Shown here: positions 17,338 through 25,961 of the stretch, in pieces
How the letters are laid out: each line of letters opens with the position of its first letter
Position numbering within the stretch: position 1 is the stretch's first letter
Assembly: GCA_001796865.1 (NCBI GenBank)
Contig: MGNQ01000019.1
Location: 4,472-54,726 of the forward strand
Length of the DNA stretch: 50,255 nucleotides
DNA from: Chloroflexi bacterium RBG_16_56_11
GTDB taxonomy: Bacteria; Chloroflexota; Dehalococcoidia; Dehalococcoidales; RBG-16-60-22
Direction: 5' to 3'
The notes under the pieces: generated by a model
What the model saw: the letters and a program-made list of their open reading frames with translations, nothing else
What the model was told of the DNA's origin: nothing
The model's database searches: none
Translations under genes and position numbers: made by a program

Positions 17338-17434
17338 TTGTTTACAGGTGAATAATAGTATATAATATTAAATGTTTAGATATTATACTATATTTTTTAT
17401 ATACTATTTACAATCAATACTATATATTATTGAT
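17338..17434 (+). promoter_or_regulatory. Putative marR-MATE promoter with AT-rich palindromic operator candidates
   Basis: TTGTTT (17338-17343), a 17-nt spacer, then TATAAT (17361-17366). Inverted repeat atagtatataatat / atattatactat around 17355-17392. Second palindrome atcaata-N8-tattgat at 17413-17434. Confidence 0.4.
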
Positions 17435-17478
17435 ACCAAATATTAGCCCGAAAGTTCTAACGGGAGGAACATAGCAAT

Positions 17479-17946
17479 ATGAGGAGTGACGTCCTGGGAA
17501 GAGTTGCCGTGGACCTGCTATCCGTGCCGCCTCTCATTTTCCGGCTGCTGCGAAGGAGCCTGATAAAGACTTCTCTGGCTGATATCGAGGCGGATATCAA
17601 ATTTCCGCATCTCGAAATCATGACGGTTTTAAAAGAAGGGACACTGCACGTCGCTGAAATCGGCGAGAGGCTGCAGATTGCCAAGGCCCAGATGACGCAT
17701 CTCATCGATAAGCTCGTCGAGCTGGAACTCGTGGAAAGGCAGATGTGCGTCACCGACCGGCGTACGCTCAACATCGCCCTCACCGGCAAGGGCAGGACGA
17801 TACTGGAAGAGCACGAGAACGCCCTGATTATCACCGTGAGCGACAACATGTCTTCCCTTTCCGATGCCGAGCTCGAAGCGCTATCGAACTCGCTGAGAAA
17901 TTTAAGAGACTACCTGTTCAAAGTACAAAAAATCAGCCCGAAGTAG
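17479..17946 (+). CDS. MarR family transcriptional regulator
   Basis: RBS GGGAGG. The winged-helix segment LHVAEIGERLQIAKAQMTHLIDKLVELELVERQMCVTDRRTLNIALTGKG is present. Confidence 0.85.
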   Translation: MRSDVLGRVAVDLLSVPPLIFRLLRRSLIKTSLADIEADIKFPHLEIMTVLKEGTLHVAEIGERLQIAKAQMTHLIDKLVELELVERQMCVTDRRTLNIALTGKGRTILEEHENALIITVSDNMSSLSDAELEALSNSLRNLRDYLFKVQKISPK

Positions 17947-17970
17947 GCTATCCTACCTGGAAAAGGACTC

Positions 17971-19410
17971 ATGAAAAACCCCGTTCAAAATCGCAATCAC
18001 AACGTCCTCGATACCGAAAAGGTCGGCGGGCTACTGGTGAAGCTGGCCACGCCCGCCTTTCTGGGGATGTTCGTCCAGACCCTTTATAACGCGGTGAACA
18101 CCATCTTCATCGGCCATTTCGTCGGCCCGCTGGCCATCGCCGGCCTGTCCATCGTTTTCCCGCTCCAGATGCTGGCCATGGGCATCGGGATGATGGTGGG
18201 GATGGGCGGGTCATCGGTGATTTCGCGATTCATCGGAGCCGGCGATACCGCCCGTGCGGAACGCGCCATCGGCAACGGCATCACCGTCGGCCTCATCATA
18301 TCCGCCGCCGCGACGGTCATCATCGTGCCACTGGTCAGTTTCTGGCTCAGGCTCATCGGCGCCTCGGCGGAAGTCCTTCCCTACGCCCGGGAGTACCTGG
18401 TCATCATCATGAGCAGCACGATTTTCAACGTCCTGGCCATGTCTCTCCTCAGCTTCGTACGCTCGGAGGGCAACGCCCGCGTCGGCATGATTGCCATGAT
18501 ACTCGGCGCGGTGCTCAGCATCATCCTCGATGCCATCTTCATCATCCCGCTGCACATGGGCGTGAAAGGGGCGGCCCTGGCAACGGTGATATCCCAGATT
18601 ACCTCCATGCTTTATCTCCTGAGCTACTATTTTACCGGCAACAGCTACCTGAAAATCCGGATGCGCAACCTCCGCCTGGATATTACGATACTGAAGCCGA
18701 TGTTCTCCATCGGCGTCTCCTCATTCGTGCAGACGGTAGCCGGCAGCCTCTCGGCCATGTTACTGATTAACATGGTCGTCAGGTATGGCGGCGATATGGC
18801 CCTGGGGGCTTTTGGCATCATCCAGCGTATCATGATGTTCGCCACGATGCCGGCCATGGTCTTCGGCCAGGCTTTACAACCGGTGCTCGGTTTCAACTAC
18901 GGCGCGAAACGCTTTGGCCGGGCCCTGAGGGCGACAACGATAGCCGCCATCGTTTCCACCTCGCTGAGCCTGGTGGGCTTTACCATCATCTATTTTGTCC
19001 CCGGGCCGCTCATCAGGATTTTTACCAGCGACCCCGACCTCGTCAGCACCGGGGTGTACGCCGCCAAGCTCATTTTCCTGTCACTGCCGCTGATGGGCGC
19101 CGTCATGGTCGGCCAGCTCATCTTTCAAGCTATCGGCAAAGCGACGCAGTCTTTTATCACGGCCATCGTGCGGCCGCTGGTATTTTTAATCCCGCTCGTG
19201 CTGGTGATGTCCAACGCCTGGCAGCTCGACGGCGTGTTCCTGGCCTTCCCGGCCGCCGACCTCCTCACCTTCATGCTGATAATCGCGCTGCTGGCACCAA
19301 TCATCGGTGAGTTCCGCCGGGCGGCGGTGGCGGAGAAACAGGCCAAGACCGGGCCGGTCACGGCGGCGCCGCTGCTGGACAACGCCGAAAGCAGCCAGGT
19401 GGTTGACTGA
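17971..19410 (+). CDS. MATE family efflux transporter (paralog 1)
   Basis: 12-TM architecture. The N-terminus LLVKLATPAFLGMFVQTLYNAVNTIFIGHFVG is typical of MATE transporters. Confidence 0.9.
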   Translation: MKNPVQNRNHNVLDTEKVGGLLVKLATPAFLGMFVQTLYNAVNTIFIGHFVGPLAIAGLSIVFPLQMLAMGIGMMVGMGGSSVISRFIGAGDTARAERAIGNGITVGLIISAAATVIIVPLVSFWLRLIGASAEVLPYAREYLVIIMSSTIFNVLAMSLLSFVRSEGNARVGMIAMILGAVLSIILDAIFIIPLHMGVKGAALATVISQITSMLYLLSYYFTGNSYLKIRMRNLRLDITILKPMFSIGVSSFVQTVAGSLSAMLLINMVVRYGGDMALGAFGIIQRIMMFATMPAMVFGQALQPVLGFNYGAKRFGRALRATTIAAIVSTSLSLVGFTIIYFVPGPLIRIFTSDPDLVSTGVYAAKLIFLSLPLMGAVMVGQLIFQAIGKATQSFITAIVRPLVFLIPLVLVMSNAWQLDGVFLAFPAADLLTFMLIIALLAPIIGEFRRAAVAEKQAKTGPVTAAPLLDNAESSQVVD

Positions 19411-19433
19411 CATCCTGGTGTCCTGGAAATATC

Positions 19434-20813
19434 ATGCAACATCAGAACCACAACGTACTGGATACGAGCCATATCGGTCGGCTGCTCTTTAAACTGACCC
19501 TGCCGATGTTTTTCGGCATGTTCTTCCAGACCACGTACAACATCGTAGACGCGGTCTTCCTGGGGCAGTTCGTCGGCCCGCTGGCCATCGCCGGTATCTC
19601 CGTGATATTCCCCCTCCAGATGCTCACTATTGGCATCGGCAACATGGTGGGTATCGGCGGGGCCTCATTGATTTCTAGGATGATCGGGGCGGGTGAAAAA
19701 GAACAGGCCGAGTGTGCCCTGGGTAACGGCATTACTTTCGCGGTATTGTTTTCCATCATACTGACAGCCGTGTTCCTGCCCACGATGGGTTTCTGGCTTA
19801 AGCTCATCGGGGCTTCGCCGGAGGTCCTCCCATTTGCCAGAGACTACCTCACGATAACCATCAGCGGCACGATTTTCAACGTCCTGGGCTCGGTCCTCCT
19901 CACCTACGCGCGGTCCGAGGGCAACTCCCGCGTGGTGATGGTAGCCTATATCATGGGCAGCCTCCTCAATATCGCTCTGGACGCGGTATTCATCATATCG
20001 CTGGACATGGGGGTAAGAGGGGCCGCCCTGGCCACGGTGATTTCGCAGGCGTTGGCCATGACCTATATTCTGTTTTACTACCTCAACGGCAACAGCTTCC
20101 TGAAAATACATTCCGGCAACCTGGCACCTGATTTGAAAATCCTGAAGTCTATATTCGCCATAGGCATTGCCTCGCTGGTGCAGGCCCTGGCGATGACCGT
20201 GTCGGCGGCGATACTGATAAGAATGGCAGCTACCTACGGCGGCGATATCGCTTTATCGGTGTTCGGCATCATCCAGCGCGTCATGATGTTCTCCTTCATG
20301 CCCGGCCAGGTCCTGGGACAGGGGCTCCAGCCCATACTGGGCTACAACTTCGGGGCCAGGCGCTACCACCTCGCCCTGAAAGCCATCAGCATCGCGGCAA
20401 TTGCGTCTACGGTTTTCAGCGTGGTCGCCTTTGTCGTGCTGTTCTTCTTCCCGGGGCCGGTGATGGGTATCTTCACCAACGAACCAGCTCTCATTGCTGC
20501 GGGCACCTACGCCGCCCACCGCATTTTCTTCGTCCTACCCCTGATGGGCTTCTTTACAGTCGGCTCACTCGTCTTCCCGTCCATCGGCAAGGCCTTCGAA
20601 TCGTTTATCATCGCTATCGCGCGGCCACTGGTCTTCCTTATGCCGGCGGTGTTGCTCCTGCCCCGTCTGTGGCAGCTTAACGGCGTCTGGCTGGCCTTCC
20701 CGGTCTCGGATACCCTGACGTTCCTCCTCACCGTGGTCATGTTGATTCCTTTATTCCGCGAGTTTGGCAAGGCGGCGGCGGCTGAAAAACGCGGCGCCGC
20801 CCCGGCAGGTTGA
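19434..20813 (+). CDS. MATE family efflux transporter (paralog 2, tandem duplicate)
   Basis: Collinear with, and clearly similar to, 17971..19410 (HNVLDT...GPLAIAG.S..FPLQML..GIG). Confidence 0.9.
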   Translation: MQHQNHNVLDTSHIGRLLFKLTLPMFFGMFFQTTYNIVDAVFLGQFVGPLAIAGISVIFPLQMLTIGIGNMVGIGGASLISRMIGAGEKEQAECALGNGITFAVLFSIILTAVFLPTMGFWLKLIGASPEVLPFARDYLTITISGTIFNVLGSVLLTYARSEGNSRVVMVAYIMGSLLNIALDAVFIISLDMGVRGAALATVISQALAMTYILFYYLNGNSFLKIHSGNLAPDLKILKSIFAIGIASLVQALAMTVSAAILIRMAATYGGDIALSVFGIIQRVMMFSFMPGQVLGQGLQPILGYNFGARRYHLALKAISIAAIASTVFSVVAFVVLFFFPGPVMGIFTNEPALIAAGTYAAHRIFFVLPLMGFFTVGSLVFPSIGKAFESFIIAIARPLVFLMPAVLLLPRLWQLNGVWLAFPVSDTLTFLLTVVMLIPLFREFGKAAAAEKRGAAPAG

Positions 20814-20873
20814 AAAAGCTCCCCGCATACCGCTAAACTTACATCAGCAACCGGCCGGGAGGTAAAAGCAGCG

Positions 20874-21875
20874 TTGACACAGGCTAAAACAAAGTCAGGT
20901 GCGCTGGAATGGCTGCTGGAGCGGGAAAATATCGGCGTGAGATACCTCGCCATGCGCGACTTGTTGAAAGCGGACGCCGGCGAACTCCTCCCGGTTAAAA
21001 AAGCCGCCCATGAAAAAGGCCCGATAGCCGCCATCCTGGCAAAAATGCACGAAGAAGGGTGGTGGGAACAGGCCGGGGCCGGCTATTATCCCAAGTACAC
21101 CGGGACAGTGTGGTCGGTTATTTCACTGGCAGAGCTTGGCGCCTCTCTGGAAATTGACGCGCGTATCGCTACCGCCTGTTCCTATGTCCTGGCACATAAC
21201 CTCACCGGAGACGGTCATTTCACGGTCAATGGCCTGCCGTCTGGAACAGCGGACTGCCTGCAAGGCAACCTCTGTGAATCGCTGCTCAATCTCGACTGTA
21301 TTGACCCGCGACTGGACAACGCCTTCGAATGGATGGCCAGGAGCGTCACCGGGGAAGGCGTGGCTCCGATGACAGAGAAGACGGCCCCGCGGCGTTATTA
21401 CGCCGGAAAGTGCGGGCCGAACTTCGCCTGCGGCTCAAACAATAAGCTGCCGTGCGGCTGGGGAGCGGTGAAAGTGATGCTGGCATTCAGCAGGCTGCCC
21501 GTGAACAAGCGGACACCCCTGATAGGTCGAGCTATCGAGGCAGGGGTTGATTTTCTCTTCAGCCGGGACCCGGCCAGGGCGGACTATCCCAGCGGTTACA
21601 GCGCCAAACCGAGCGGCAACTGGTGGAAATTCGGCTTCCCCAATTTTTATGTTTCTGATATCCTGCAAATCGCCGAAGCCCTCGTTGGATTAGGCTACGG
21701 GCACGACCCGCGCCTGGCCGGTTGCCTTGCCCTTATACGTGAAAAGCAGGACAGCGAGGGGCGCTGGTCTCTGGAGTATGATTATACAGGCAAGACCTGG
21801 GTAGATTTTGGCTTGAAAAAACAGCCTAACAAATGGGTAACGCTACGGGCGATGCGTGTGCTGACGGCGCCCTGA
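20874..21875 (+). CDS. Alpha/alpha-toroid (prenyltransferase/terpene-cyclase-repeat-like) protein, function unknown
   Basis: TTG start 10 nt after GGGAGGT. It is a paralog of 47058..48167, sharing WLLE, ...RY.A.RD.LG, FAC...LPC.WGA.KVM and KWVTLRA.RVL. The fold assignment is from memory and tentative. Confidence 0.5.
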   Translation: MTQAKTKSGALEWLLERENIGVRYLAMRDLLKADAGELLPVKKAAHEKGPIAAILAKMHEEGWWEQAGAGYYPKYTGTVWSVISLAELGASLEIDARIATACSYVLAHNLTGDGHFTVNGLPSGTADCLQGNLCESLLNLDCIDPRLDNAFEWMARSVTGEGVAPMTEKTAPRRYYAGKCGPNFACGSNNKLPCGWGAVKVMLAFSRLPVNKRTPLIGRAIEAGVDFLFSRDPARADYPSGYSAKPSGNWWKFGFPNFYVSDILQIAEALVGLGYGHDPRLAGCLALIREKQDSEGRWSLEYDYTGKTWVDFGLKKQPNKWVTLRAMRVLTAP

Positions 21876-21893
21876 TATCTGAAGAAAGGCCTA

Positions 21894-23222
21894 ATGGACT
21901 ATCACCCGCATTTCCCCCCTGATTTTTCCAAGAAATCCCTGGATACACTAGAGTACGCACTGGACCACCTCGGCGCCTACCACTCCTGGCAGGCCCGCGA
22001 CCCCGGGGCCGGCAGTGATGTGGACCAGCGCTACGCGTCATTGCCGGTGCTCACCAAACGCGACATCCGCGAGCATTTTCCCGCGGGCTTCGTGCCGCCC
22101 GGCCGCGATTTCGAGACCGCCGTGGCCAGCGGCGAAATCCAGACGGTCAACACCAGCGGCTCGAGCGACCTCCGCGTGACCAACATCTGGCACCAGCCTT
22201 GGTGGGACGCCTCGGAGAAAGCGTCCTGGAAATTGAACTCGCACGCCGCCAGGCTGGCCACCGGCAGCCACCCCGAGGCGATCCTTGCCAACCCCCGTAA
22301 CGTGGGCATCATTTCGGACGATGTCGACCTCCCTTACGAAAAACGGCGACTGAGACGGTTCCTTTACCTCAATGAAAAGACCAATCCCACGTTGTGGTCG
22401 ACGCGTCTTATGGACCGGATGATTGAAGAGTTGAGCTTCTACCGTCCCGCCGTCCTCGAAGCCAACCCCTCGCTGCTGGCCCGGCTGAGCCGCTACGCCG
22501 CGGCGGAGAAAAAGCCAGTATTCCAGCCGGGGCTGATTGTTTTTACCTACGAGTTCCCGTCGCAGGTTCACTACCGACAAATCCGCCGCGTCTTCACCGC
22601 GCCCACCGCCAGCTCTTATGGCACCACCGAGACTGGCTATGTCTTCATGCAGTGCGAAGCGGGCAAATTTCACCAGAACAGCGACTTCTGCCGGGTGGAC
22701 TTCCAGCCGCTCCAGTCCCGGCACGGCGGCCCGCGATTGGGCCGGATGCTGGTGACCACCTTTAACAATCCCTGGTACTACATGGTCCGCTTCGATGTCG
22801 GCGACCTGGCGCGAGTCGACGAGACGGATAAATGCCCCTGTGGCCGGGACTCCGGTTTCATCGTCTCGGCCATCGAGGGGAGGTTTGCCAACGTGACGCT
22901 GGCCTGCGACGGCCGGCTGGTCACGCTGCGCCGGCTCGATGATGCCCTGGCCGCCCTGGACGGCATCGACGAATACCGCCTGGACCAGCCTTCTCCGGGA
23001 TCTTATACCTTGACCGTGGCTACCTCTCGCACTGATAGAAAACAACTGGAAACCGAGGCCGCCGGGCTGCTGCGCGGTGTCTACGGAAAGGCCGCGGCCG
23101 TGACAATTTTTTACCGGGATACGCTGGCCCCGGAGGAATCGGGTAAATATTGCCTCGCGCGGGCCCTTTTCCCGCTGGACGTTGAAGATTTCCTGGACAG
23201 AAGAAAGGGGGAAATAACGTAG
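21894..23222 (+). CDS. PaaK/coenzyme-F390-synthetase-like adenylate-forming enzyme
   Basis: Contains TSGSSDLRVTN (the P-loop-like TSGSSG motif), SYGTTETGYVF and the N-terminal LPVLTKRDIREHF, typical of the PaaK/CapK family. Confidence 0.75.
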   Translation: MDYHPHFPPDFSKKSLDTLEYALDHLGAYHSWQARDPGAGSDVDQRYASLPVLTKRDIREHFPAGFVPPGRDFETAVASGEIQTVNTSGSSDLRVTNIWHQPWWDASEKASWKLNSHAARLATGSHPEAILANPRNVGIISDDVDLPYEKRRLRRFLYLNEKTNPTLWSTRLMDRMIEELSFYRPAVLEANPSLLARLSRYAAAEKKPVFQPGLIVFTYEFPSQVHYRQIRRVFTAPTASSYGTTETGYVFMQCEAGKFHQNSDFCRVDFQPLQSRHGGPRLGRMLVTTFNNPWYYMVRFDVGDLARVDETDKCPCGRDSGFIVSAIEGRFANVTLACDGRLVTLRRLDDALAALDGIDEYRLDQPSPGSYTLTVATSRTDRKQLETEAAGLLRGVYGKAAAVTIFYRDTLAPEESGKYCLARALFPLDVEDFLDRRKGEIT

Positions 23223-23239
23223 AGGAAGTCGTTTGGCAG

Positions 23240-23335
23240 CCGCTCATGGTGAGACCTCGGCGTGAGCTCGGTCGAACGCTTGTCGAACCATGAGAATAGC
23301 TGGTACCACCCCTCGACAAACTCGGGGTGAGTGGA
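23240..23335. repeat. Intergenic repeat: a 52-nt copy of the 3738-3789 block plus a 'cccctcgacaaactcggggtgagtgg' module
   Basis: 23240-23291 equals 3738-3789 except for one C/T difference. Confidence 0.85.
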
Positions 23336-23378
23336 ATTCAGAAGTATATTTTCATCACTAAACGACCTCCAGGAAACA

Positions 23379-24080
23379 ATGATGAAAAGCAGACCGGTAT
23401 ATCTATTGGCCGGGGGACGGCACGGGAGGCGGCGCCAGCCCGACCCCCTGTTACAGGGGTTCTTCCGGGAGTGCGGCCAATCTCCTTCGGTGGCTTACGT
23501 CGGCGCGGCCAGCGGCGATGACAGGAGCTTTTTTGACTTCATCGCGGCGGCCTTTAAAGCCGCCGGGGCCGGTAGGGTCGACCACGCCATAACCGCGCCG
23601 GACGGTGCTGATATCGTTAAAGCCAAGACAATACTGGAGCACGCCGATATTGTCTTCATCAGCGGCGGCGATGTCGAGGCCGGCATGGATGTCCTGCGCG
23701 CAAACAGCGTTATCGACTTCCTCTCCGGCCTTTTCCGGGCGGGCAAACCGTTCCTGGGGCTTTCCGCCGGGAGCATCATGCTGGGCAGGGAATGGGTCCG
23801 CTGGCCCAATCCTGAGAACGAGGACTACGCCGAGCTTTTTCCCTGCCTGGGTTTCGCCCCGGTCATCTGCGATACTCATGACGAAGACGGCGGCTGGGAA
23901 GAACTCCAGGCGGCCCTCGCCCTCGAAAAAGACGGCGCCCGCGGCTACGGCATCGCCACCGGGACCGGCCTCAAAGTCTTTCCCGGCGGCCGGGTGGAAG
24001 CCCTGGGCGGGCCGGTCTTCGAGTACGTCTCCCGCGGCGGTAAAGCGGAGCGCATCGGAGATATTTTACCGTTAAAGTAG
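23379..24080 (+). CDS. Peptidase S51 (dipeptidase E/cyanophycinase-like), class I glutamine-amidotransferase-fold protein
   Basis: Product MMKSRPVYLLAGG...ADIVFISGGD...FLGLSAGSIML, with a nucleophile elbow in the G-x-S-A-G context. Confidence 0.65.
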   Translation: MMKSRPVYLLAGGRHGRRRQPDPLLQGFFRECGQSPSVAYVGAASGDDRSFFDFIAAAFKAAGAGRVDHAITAPDGADIVKAKTILEHADIVFISGGDVEAGMDVLRANSVIDFLSGLFRAGKPFLGLSAGSIMLGREWVRWPNPENEDYAELFPCLGFAPVICDTHDEDGGWEELQAALALEKDGARGYGIATGTGLKVFPGGRVEALGGPVFEYVSRGGKAERIGDILPLK

Positions 24081-24144
24081 GGCTGGCCTGTTCCCGGACT
24101 TCCGATGAGAATATTCCCCTTTCTCCAATTTCAGATAGCTAATA

Positions 24145-24173
24145 TTGATTCACGCCTCAACAAGTTGTAGAAT
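24145..24173 (+). promoter_or_regulatory. Sigma70-like promoter upstream of the DGQHR-like gene
   Basis: TTGATT (24145-24150), a 17-nt spacer, then TAGAAT (24168-24173), inside an AT-rich 130-nt gap. Confidence 0.45.
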
Positions 24174-24216
24174 GAATCTGTTAAGCATGACATAATCACC
24201 GGATTGGAGAAAAAGC

Positions 24217-25485
24217 ATGGAAATAGTTTTTGACAAGAAGGCCGTTAAAGACCAGGAGGTCGAGGATACTGTCAAGGAGTTCCTGGCGAAAATAGCCACT
24301 CTGGAAAAGACCAGGGGTATCCCCGTTTACGTCTTCCAGGACGGTGTCAAGAAAAGCTACTATATACGCTGCACCATATCCGGCAAGACCATGGCCGATA
24401 TTATCAGCCTGGACGCCCGGCTCGACCCCCAGGGCGGTGAGACCTTCCGCGGCAACCGCGACATACTGGAAACTCATAACACGTTCCTGCGCATGAAAGA
24501 CGACGCCCAGAACGAGCGTGAGTTTAACGACCTCATCGCTGAGTACATCACGTCCTACCTGCCGGAGAAGCCGCTGAAAATCTGGGGCGGCCAGCACCGC
24601 TCGCGGGCGATTATCGACGCATATGCGTCGAAAAAAGTCTCCCGGTACCACGGTTTCCGCGTCTATTTCTGCCTGAGCAAGGAGCAGCGAACCGAGCTCG
24701 CCCTCATTTCCAATACCAGCATGGCGGTGTCCAATGACCTTTTCGACCGTCAGCTCGAAGAGACTTACATGGGCCCCTACCTGCGGCGCTGGTGCGTCAA
24801 GGTGGGCCTGCTCAAGCCGGACGAGGACTTCCCGGACGTCGGTTCCCGGGCCGAAAGGATAACCACGCAGGGCGCCCGCAGCTTCGTCGTGAGCTTTTTC
24901 AAAGGCAAAGAGGTCGGCCCGCAGATACCGGAAAACGAGCTCGACCGGAACGTCTACGAGCCCTATCTCTGCCAGACCGGCGCCTTCCTCGACGAGGAGT
25001 ACCGGATGCTCACCGAGAAGATGGGCGGCAAGCTCTGGTCGAACAAGGAGCTTCAGGAGGCCGGCAGGTCCTTCGCCGCCCTGCACAGGGCGCAGTACGA
25101 GGCTATCAAGGACAGCAAAATCAACTTCAGGATTTTCCGGATGAAGGCGATGGTGCCTTCGGTTCTTTCGGCGTGGAGCTTTGTCGCCGGGCTGCTGCAA
25201 CCCCACCCCGCCAGATTAAAAATCCACCTTTCCGTGCCAACAGCTCCCAAGGGCGTGCCGGACCCCCTGAACGCCGAGGAAATGTCCAGGTTCCGGTACT
25301 ACCAGGATATCGAGACCTACCACGGGCTGGGCACGCGCGCCATCATGAAAGACCGCCAGAGGATGGCCCAGGTCTTCCTCGCCAGGACGCTCGACCCCGA
25401 GGCCGTGCTGGACAAGAAGCTGCTGAACCAGGCCGTCAACCAGTTTACCGCCCTGAAGTTCTTCAGCAAGGGCTACACGACGTAA
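24217..25485 (+). CDS. ParB/sulfiredoxin-superfamily protein with a DndB-like 'DGQHR' motif variant (GGQHR), function unknown
   Basis: A 422-aa ORF with RBS GGAGAAAAAG. Contains the motif PLKIWGGQHRSRAIIDAY. No dndACDE genes lie nearby. Confidence 0.5.
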   Translation: MEIVFDKKAVKDQEVEDTVKEFLAKIATLEKTRGIPVYVFQDGVKKSYYIRCTISGKTMADIISLDARLDPQGGETFRGNRDILETHNTFLRMKDDAQNEREFNDLIAEYITSYLPEKPLKIWGGQHRSRAIIDAYASKKVSRYHGFRVYFCLSKEQRTELALISNTSMAVSNDLFDRQLEETYMGPYLRRWCVKVGLLKPDEDFPDVGSRAERITTQGARSFVVSFFKGKEVGPQIPENELDRNVYEPYLCQTGAFLDEEYRMLTEKMGGKLWSNKELQEAGRSFAALHRAQYEAIKDSKINFRIFRMKAMVPSVLSAWSFVAGLLQPHPARLKIHLSVPTAPKGVPDPLNAEEMSRFRYYQDIETYHGLGTRAIMKDRQRMAQVFLARTLDPEAVLDKKLLNQAVNQFTALKFFSKGYTT

Positions 25486-25487
25486 TC

Positions 25488-25958
25488 ATGAGTCCGGCTG
25501 CCGTCCGCAGCTTCCGCGCTAAAATCGGCATCGCGGGTATCAATCCCTACGTGGATGTCCCCGCCCGGGTCAGCCGCGCTTTCGCCAGGCGGGGGCCTGT
25601 CCCCGTCAAGGGCGCCCTTAACGGCCATCCGATTCAGGCCACCCTCGTCCCCACCGGCGGGGGACGGCACCGTCTCTATATCAACATCTACATGAGGAAA
25701 GCTACCGGCGTGAAGGTCGGCGACGAAATCCGGCTCGAGCTGGAGTATGACGACAGGCCGCGCGAGCTGCCCGTGCCCAAGACTCTAAAGGAAGCCCTGG
25801 AGCGTAACCGGAAGGCCGGTGAAGTTTTCGCCCGGCTACCGCCGTCCCACCGCAACGAGTACCTGGCCTATCTGAACTCGCTCAAGACACCGGAAGCGCT
25901 GGCCAGGAACATCGAAAAGGTCATCGCCAGCCTGTTGAAACAGAAGCCCCGGCGATAG
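25488..25958 (+). CDS. DUF1905 + YdeI/OmpD-associated family protein
   Basis: The ATG lies 2 nt after the preceding stop. Contains GINPYVDVP...VPVKGALNGHPIQATLVP..GGRHRLYIN and the C-terminal NEYLAYLNSLKTPEALARNIEK. Confidence 0.7.
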   Translation: MSPAAVRSFRAKIGIAGINPYVDVPARVSRAFARRGPVPVKGALNGHPIQATLVPTGGGRHRLYINIYMRKATGVKVGDEIRLELEYDDRPRELPVPKTLKEALERNRKAGEVFARLPPSHRNEYLAYLNSLKTPEALARNIEKVIASLLKQKPRR

Positions 25959-25961
25959 CGG

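Noticed and set aside
24792-25958. 388-aa ORF spanning the 3' half of the DGQHR-like gene and the YdeI-like gene
   Set aside because: The first ~230 codons are an out-of-frame overlap with 24217..25485 and give an Arg/Pro-rich product. Only the part from the ATG at 25488 has recognisable DUF1905/YdeI motifs.
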